DNA of 32,000 nt, taken from NCBI RefSeq assembly GCF_000017845.1, contig NC_010547.1, positions 120,001 to 152,000 on the forward strand, in the 5' to 3' direction. How positions within the stretch are numbered: position 1 is the first letter of the stretch; each line of letters opens with the position of its first letter. Shown here piece after piece: positions 27,904-32,000 of this stretch. Origin of the DNA: Crocosphaera subtropica ATCC 51142. Lineage in GTDB: Bacteria > Cyanobacteriota > Cyanobacteriia > Cyanobacteriales > Microcystaceae. Below the pieces are notes generated by a model. It saw only the letters and a list, made by a program, of their open reading frames with translations, had not been told where the DNA came from and did not search any database. The translations under genes and the position numbers were made by a program.

Positions 27904-28923
27904 ATGTGGTTAGAATATGGACTGAATGAGGCTCAAAATTTAATCTCAATTTCAGAAGTCACAAGAGGAAAAACAGCCTTGAAGTGTCCTTATTGCCAAG
28001 GTGAATTAATTGCCAAAAAGGGCAAAATCAAAGTTCATCACTTTGCTCATGCAGGAGAAACTTGTGAGCCTTCGCAAAATCAAAATATTCATCTCCCTCT
28101 TTTTTGTCGATTTAACTTGGTTTTAAATAATAACTATTTAGAGCATTTTAGAAGAATTGCATCCCCAGATTATAAATGTACAGGACTTCGTAAAGAAAGG
28201 AAAATAATTCGCTACTTACAAGAAAAAGAAATATTAGAACATAAACTTTTTCCTACTCTTTCTCCTTTAGGTAAAGCTATTCTTAAGCAACTTACTCTTT
28301 CAGAGTTTTGTGAAGCACAAGACAAAATGGCACAGGATAAATTAATTGAGCTACAAAATAAAGTAGTTAGCTTAGAAAGATCGATTAAGGATACCATAAA
28401 ATTTCAAACAACTGATTACTATCAATCAAGACCGATTAGGTATCATAGAAAGGTTGAAAAAAATCAAAGACTTAAAGAAGAAGAGTTAAAGAATGCGAAA
28501 ATTGATTTTCATCTATATTGCATTCACTACAGAGGCGTTTTACTGAGTCATTTATATTTTCTTCTTATTGAAACCCCTTCACAAACCTTGTTTAAAATTG
28601 GGGTGACATCTAGGGATATAGACAGTAGACTTTCAGAAATTAAAATTGATTTAGGAAAAATCTTTCCTGATTTCTCAATCACTCTTTTAGGGTTTTGGGA
28701 ACATCGTGGAAATTTAGAATACTATTTTAAATATTTGTATGAAGAGTTTAATTATCCTTTAGAAAATTTTACAGAATACTTCAATTTTTCAGATATTGAA
28801 CCTATTAAAAATTCCTTAAATAGCTTAGGTTATAAACAACTTTCTGCCTTAGAACAAGAAGTTATTAATGGTAATATTAATAACTATAAATCTTCCTCCA
28901 ACAACTCACTCAATTCTAGTTGA
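27904..28923 (+). CDS. CoiA-like zinc-finger N-terminus fused to a GIY-YIG/T5orf172 (MUG113)-type nuclease domain
   Basis: N-terminus: LKCPYCQGELIAKKGKIKVHHFAHAGETC (CoiA-type finger). C-terminus: LYFLLIE...LFKIGVTSRDIDSRLSEI...LEYYFKYLYEEFNYP...TEYFNF (T5orf172 pattern). A coiled-coil linker joins them. Confidence 0.65.
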   Translation: MWLEYGLNEAQNLISISEVTRGKTALKCPYCQGELIAKKGKIKVHHFAHAGETCEPSQNQNIHLPLFCRFNLVLNNNYLEHFRRIASPDYKCTGLRKERKIIRYLQEKEILEHKLFPTLSPLGKAILKQLTLSEFCEAQDKMAQDKLIELQNKVVSLERSIKDTIKFQTTDYYQSRPIRYHRKVEKNQRLKEEELKNAKIDFHLYCIHYRGVLLSHLYFLLIETPSQTLFKIGVTSRDIDSRLSEIKIDLGKIFPDFSITLLGFWEHRGNLEYYFKYLYEEFNYPLENFTEYFNFSDIEPIKNSLNSLGYKQLSALEQEVINGNINNYKSSSNNSLNSS

Positions 28924-29834
28924 TCGTTATTTCTGTTATCATCATAAATCATCAAGGTATTCAGATTCTTATGCCGTGACAACTTTTGAACTTTTCTTAC
29001 ATCTCCATCACTTTTATCAAGGGCTGTTGTAATCGACGAATGCCGAATCCTATGAGGACTCATCAACTTATCAATCCCTGCATCCTTGCAATAACAGCGA
29101 ATGATTTTGTAAAGGCCATCTCCACTTAAACGGCTGCCCCTCGAACGAGAATCTAGAGCGATGAACAGAGGCGACGATGACTTAATACCGGCACTCCCCC
29201 GTTCTGCCAACCAATCACAAATGGCCTTAATCGTCTTAGGGGACAAATCCACTGATTCTTTTTCACTGCGCCCTTTCCCCTTCACCCAGAGAATGCGCCT
29301 TGATGGGACAAAATCTCCAATATCCAATAAACTAACTTCATTCCGTCGTAAGGCATTAGACCAAAACAACATCAACAACGCTCGGTCCCGTTTCCCCTTT
29401 AACGTCGTCAGATCACACAACGCTAAGACCTTCTTAAACTCGGTTAAAGGAATCCCTGATGTATCCCGATACGGTTTTAATTTCTCACTGCTAACCGCAT
29501 CTTTCAACGAATATTGGCATAATCCTAAGCGATTCGCTGTACTTATAAAGGATTTTACTGCACTGATTTTGCGGTTAATGGTCGTCGGGGCTAACTCCCG
29601 TTTCTTCAAAGTTGCCTTGTAGGCCATCAAAGCTGCGTTGGCTTGGGACTGAGATACCTTTAAAAAGGCACTGACTAATTCTTCATCAACTTCTTTCCCG
29701 GACATCACCTTAAAAAAATAGCGTAAATCTTTCTCATATTCCCGACGGGTCATGGCCGATGACTTGTCCTCTAACCAGAGAGCGATCGCTCTGGCGATGG
29801 GGGATGACTCTGAATTAAAACGGGTTAGTTTCAC
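28884..29834 (-). CDS. tyrosine site-specific recombinase (Xer/integrase family)
   Basis: N-terminal SAM-like domain (TRREYEKDLRYFF). Catalytic R (ALRRNEV), HRIRHS and the LMIYDD tyrosine. GTG start at 29834. Confidence 0.85.
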   Translation of the reverse strand: MKLTRFNSESSPIARAIALWLEDKSSAMTRREYEKDLRYFFKVMSGKEVDEELVSAFLKVSQSQANAALMAYKATLKKRELAPTTINRKISAVKSFISTANRLGLCQYSLKDAVSSEKLKPYRDTSGIPLTEFKKVLALCDLTTLKGKRDRALLMLFWSNALRRNEVSLLDIGDFVPSRRILWVKGKGRSEKESVDLSPKTIKAICDWLAERGSAGIKSSSPLFIALDSRSRGSRLSGDGLYKIIRCYCKDAGIDKLMSPHRIRHSSITTALDKSDGDVRKVQKLSRHKNLNTLMIYDDNRNNDQLELSELLEEDL

Positions 29835-30097
29835 AACGATTTAGCTATCGAAAAACTTTATTTTCGTTATCAGTATGCCTTAGCTTATCATATCCAAACA
29901 CATCTATCAAATAAATAGATAATTTTTGGGCTAGTTAAATTATTTTGCAGTTTTACCTAAGTTTTCTAAGATTAATTCTAATTTACTGCTGTTGCTAACG
30001 AAGCATGACAACGAGAAGTGGTGGTTAATTCGTGATCCACCCCAACATCTTCGCTACCCCTCCGAGAATGGTGACGATTAATCCGAGTAACCCTCCG

Positions 30098-30442
30098 TTA
30101 AAGATACAAAACCAAACGTAATCCTTCATCGATCCTTTCCATCAAATCTTCATCTAAACAAGTTATTTTTTCAGTTAAAAAAGCTTTATCAATAGTGACA
30201 ATTTGTGAAACATTCACTACTGAATCTTTTGGTAGTGAGGTTTGATTTCTTGGTAAATAAACATTGCCTGGAGCTTGGCTCAAGTTGAGATTTGAGGTCA
30301 AAATAACAGCAATGACGGTTTGAATTTGACTGCGGTTAAACCCATCATCTTGAACCACTAAAATAGGACGACGATATCCAGGTTCACTCCCTACAGGAGA
30401 GGGCAGATTAGCCCACCAAATATCCCCTCGATGAATCACCAT
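30098..30442 (-). CDS. mazF: MazF/PemK-family endoribonuclease toxin
   Basis: RGDIWWANL....GSEPGYRRPILVVQDD...V..I.TIDK pattern. Overlaps the upstream antitoxin gene by 7 nt. Confidence 0.85.
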   Translation of the reverse strand: MVIHRGDIWWANLPSPVGSEPGYRRPILVVQDDGFNRSQIQTVIAVILTSNLNLSQAPGNVYLPRNQTSLPKDSVVNVSQIVTIDKAFLTEKITCLDEDLMERIDEGLRLVLYL

Positions 30443-30672
30443 TGTTCTTTCTCTATCGAACTCAATTGCATTTGTGTAATGTCTTGGGGCAGTTGACTAT
30501 CTGTATCTTGATAAACTTGATTAAGCTTTTCCGTGATTTGAGAAGAACGAGAATTTTTTAGATAAGCAGTAATGGCTTTAGTATAAAGTTCACTTCGACT
30601 AATATGAAGTTTTTGAGCTAACTTTTCTGCTTCTGTAAAAATGTCATCAGGAATTGAAATTGCTGTTTTCAC
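30436..30672 (-). CDS. ribbon-helix-helix (CopG-like) antitoxin
   Basis: MKTAISIPDDIFTEAEKLAQKLHISRSELYTKAI is a typical RHH N-terminus. GTG start with AGGAGA 8 nt upstream. Confidence 0.75.
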   Translation of the reverse strand: MKTAISIPDDIFTEAEKLAQKLHISRSELYTKAITAYLKNSRSSQITEKLNQVYQDTDSQLPQDITQMQLSSIEKEQW

Positions 30673-30746
30673 GTTTATTGTCTCCTAACTATTTTCTAGT
30701 ATAACTCAGTTATACCAAAAAAACTGTGAGCCAGAAATCACTTCTG

Positions 30747-31391
30747 TTAATCGCTGGGTCGAAGCCGTTCAAGTATTAGGTTTCTGAACTGTTTTAAAAC
30801 TGATAAAACATCATACAGATCATTCCTTCTATTAATCAGAGAAAACAAATTAGATGTGGCATATCTAGGGATTTCTCCCAGTATCAACTTTATAAACAGA
30901 AATTCACTTCCATTGAGAACTAATCCGTATATGGGGTTTTCTGAATTGGGTGCTGCTAACATATAAGCTAAGGCTTGGGGGATGGCTTTGGTAATCGAAA
31001 ATTCTGAATTTTTAGCTTCAATAACCGTAACCCATAGTTGTTCTTGAATAACTAATACATCAATAGAACCTTGAATGATCTCTCCTTGATCCTCTGCTGA
31101 CACCTTTATTCCGGTTTCTCCTGATACCCGAAAGGGGGGTTCATAAAACTGAGCTAAATCTAACAATAGAGACAACACTACCATTTTTACGATGCTTTCC
31201 ATTACTGGATATTCAAGTAAGTAAAAGTAATTGTTCTTAATACGATCTAATGCTTGTTTTTCAACACTACTAAGTTTCGGAAGTTCATCAAACCATTCTC
31301 TAAAAAAGTCTTCATCATCAACTTGTTGTAGTCTAAATTTAACTTTTAGATCATGAAGTTTTATTTTTCTAGCAGCAATGGCTTGTGTCAT
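30747..31391 (-). CDS. PD-(D/E)XK restriction-endonuclease-fold protein (HsdR-N-like, cyanobacterial family)
   Basis: SIDVLVI...VIEAKN gives a D...ExK motif in a 214-aa protein. Confidence 0.55.
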   Translation of the reverse strand: MTQAIAARKIKLHDLKVKFRLQQVDDEDFFREWFDELPKLSSVEKQALDRIKNNYFYLLEYPVMESIVKMVVLSLLLDLAQFYEPPFRVSGETGIKVSAEDQGEIIQGSIDVLVIQEQLWVTVIEAKNSEFSITKAIPQALAYMLAAPNSENPIYGLVLNGSEFLFIKLILGEIPRYATSNLFSLINRRNDLYDVLSVLKQFRNLILERLRPSD

Positions 31392-31456
31392 ATTACTTTT
31401 TCAAATTAGCTGTATAATTATAGCAAAAGTCATAGCTAACAACAAAAAAAAGAAAC

Positions 31457-32000
31457 ATGACAATATTAGCTAAATGGTCTATCGATGATTACCATCAGAT
31501 GATTGAAGCAGGGATACTGCGTGACAGAAGTGTGGAATTATTAGACGGGGAAATTGTTGAAATGAGTCCCGAAACCCCCATTCATTATACTACAGCCAAA
31601 CGAGGAACTAAATATTTAGAAACGTTACTGGAAGGAAAAGCGGATGTCCGTTTCAACGGGCCTATTACCTTATCCAACTCCGAACCCGAACCTGATATTG
31701 CTATTGTTCGACTACCAGAATCATCCTACTACAATCGTCATCCTCATCCTCAAGATATTTTCTGGATTATTGAAGTGGCTAAAACTAGCTTAAAAAAAGA
31801 CTTAGAAACTAAACTAAGCATTTATGCTGGAGAACAGATTCAAGAATATTGGATTATCGACTTATTAACTCAACAAATAATTGTCTTTAGAAATCCCCAA
31901 AAAGAGAAATATTGTCAACAATTTAAAATAGGAAAGGGAACAATTACACCACTAGCGTTTTCTAATATTGAGGTTTCTGTTGAGAAACTTTTACCCGCTT
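31457..32000 (+). CDS. Uma2-family (DUF820) endonuclease, 3' end beyond the window
   Basis: ATG 31457. WSIDDYHQMIEAGIL..DRSVELLDGEIVEMSPETPIH...EPEPDIAIV...IIEVAKTSL..D...K..IYA...I.EYWIIDL is the canonical Uma2 pattern. It is absent from the ORF track because there is no stop inside the window. Confidence 0.85.
   Translation, partial: MTILAKWSIDDYHQMIEAGILRDRSVELLDGEIVEMSPETPIHYTTAKRGTKYLETLLEGKADVRFNGPITLSNSEPEPDIAIVRLPESSYYNRHPHPQDIFWIIEVAKTSLKKDLETKLSIYAGEQIQEYWIIDLLTQQIIVFRNPQKEKYCQQFKIGKGTITPLAFSNIEVSVEKLLPA

Noticed and set aside
12898-29622. Other shadow ORFs (12898..13098, 13545..13772, 13797..14024, 14522..14791, 16632..16874, 16669..16863, 16871..17191, 18524..18724, 19217..19414, 20165..20395, 23636..23824, 26944..27189, 28212..28397, 29161..29622, 11104..11316, 6310..6498, 6940..7215)
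   Set aside because: Each is embedded in or overlaps a better-supported gene on the other strand or frame. No motifs are recognisable.
1-32000. Scanned for rRNA, tRNA (GTTCGAATC-type T-arms), tmRNA, CRISPR arrays, reverse transcriptase, retron or DGR features, and a canonical parS (TGTTTCACGTGAAACA)
   Set aside because: None seen by eye. A proper tRNAscan-SE, Infernal and CRISPR-finder run would be needed to exclude small or degenerate examples.

Overview
AT-rich cyanobacterial-type DNA. Evidence for that origin: five HIP1 GCGATCGC octamers, Uma2 and Rpn/DUF4351 nuclease genes, and a KirBac channel. It is most likely a plasmid or an accessory chromosomal region. Gene order: parA-parB partition operon coupled to a DUF77 gene (0.4-2.3 kb). 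Then an alpha/beta hydrolase converging on a Zn-ADH/DGAT2-like acyltransferase operon (2.5-5 kb). Then an SDR gene and a patch of small acidic or orphan ORFs holding two copies of a ~165-190 nt dispersed repeat (5-11 kb). Then SDR, a BtuF-like binding protein, an EamA transporter and a KirBac K+ channel (11-15.6 kb). Then decayed or selfish genes: a 5'-truncated Rpn/DUF4351 gene, a 341-codon ORF broken by one in-frame TAG, and an HNH gene (15.7-18 kb). Then a compositionally distinct selO with a eukaryote-like CSS tail (18.3-20 kb). Then a co-directional run of alpha-keto-acid decarboxylase, LOG and PIN-PhoH2 (21-25 kb). Then a four-gene module of two unknown ORFs, an HNH and a CoiA-finger/T5orf172 nuclease, with the HNH gene split by a 1.59 kb IS4-like element (25-28.9 kb). 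Finally a tyrosine recombinase, MazEF-like TA pair, a PD-(D/E)XK protein and Uma2 (28.9-32 kb). I found no rRNA, tRNA or CRISPR array. The best candidate for an undescribed system is the IS-disrupted nuclease operon at 25.0-28.9 kb. The TAG-interrupted gene and the dispersed repeat are the next most interesting. All family calls come from reading motifs by eye, not from database searches.
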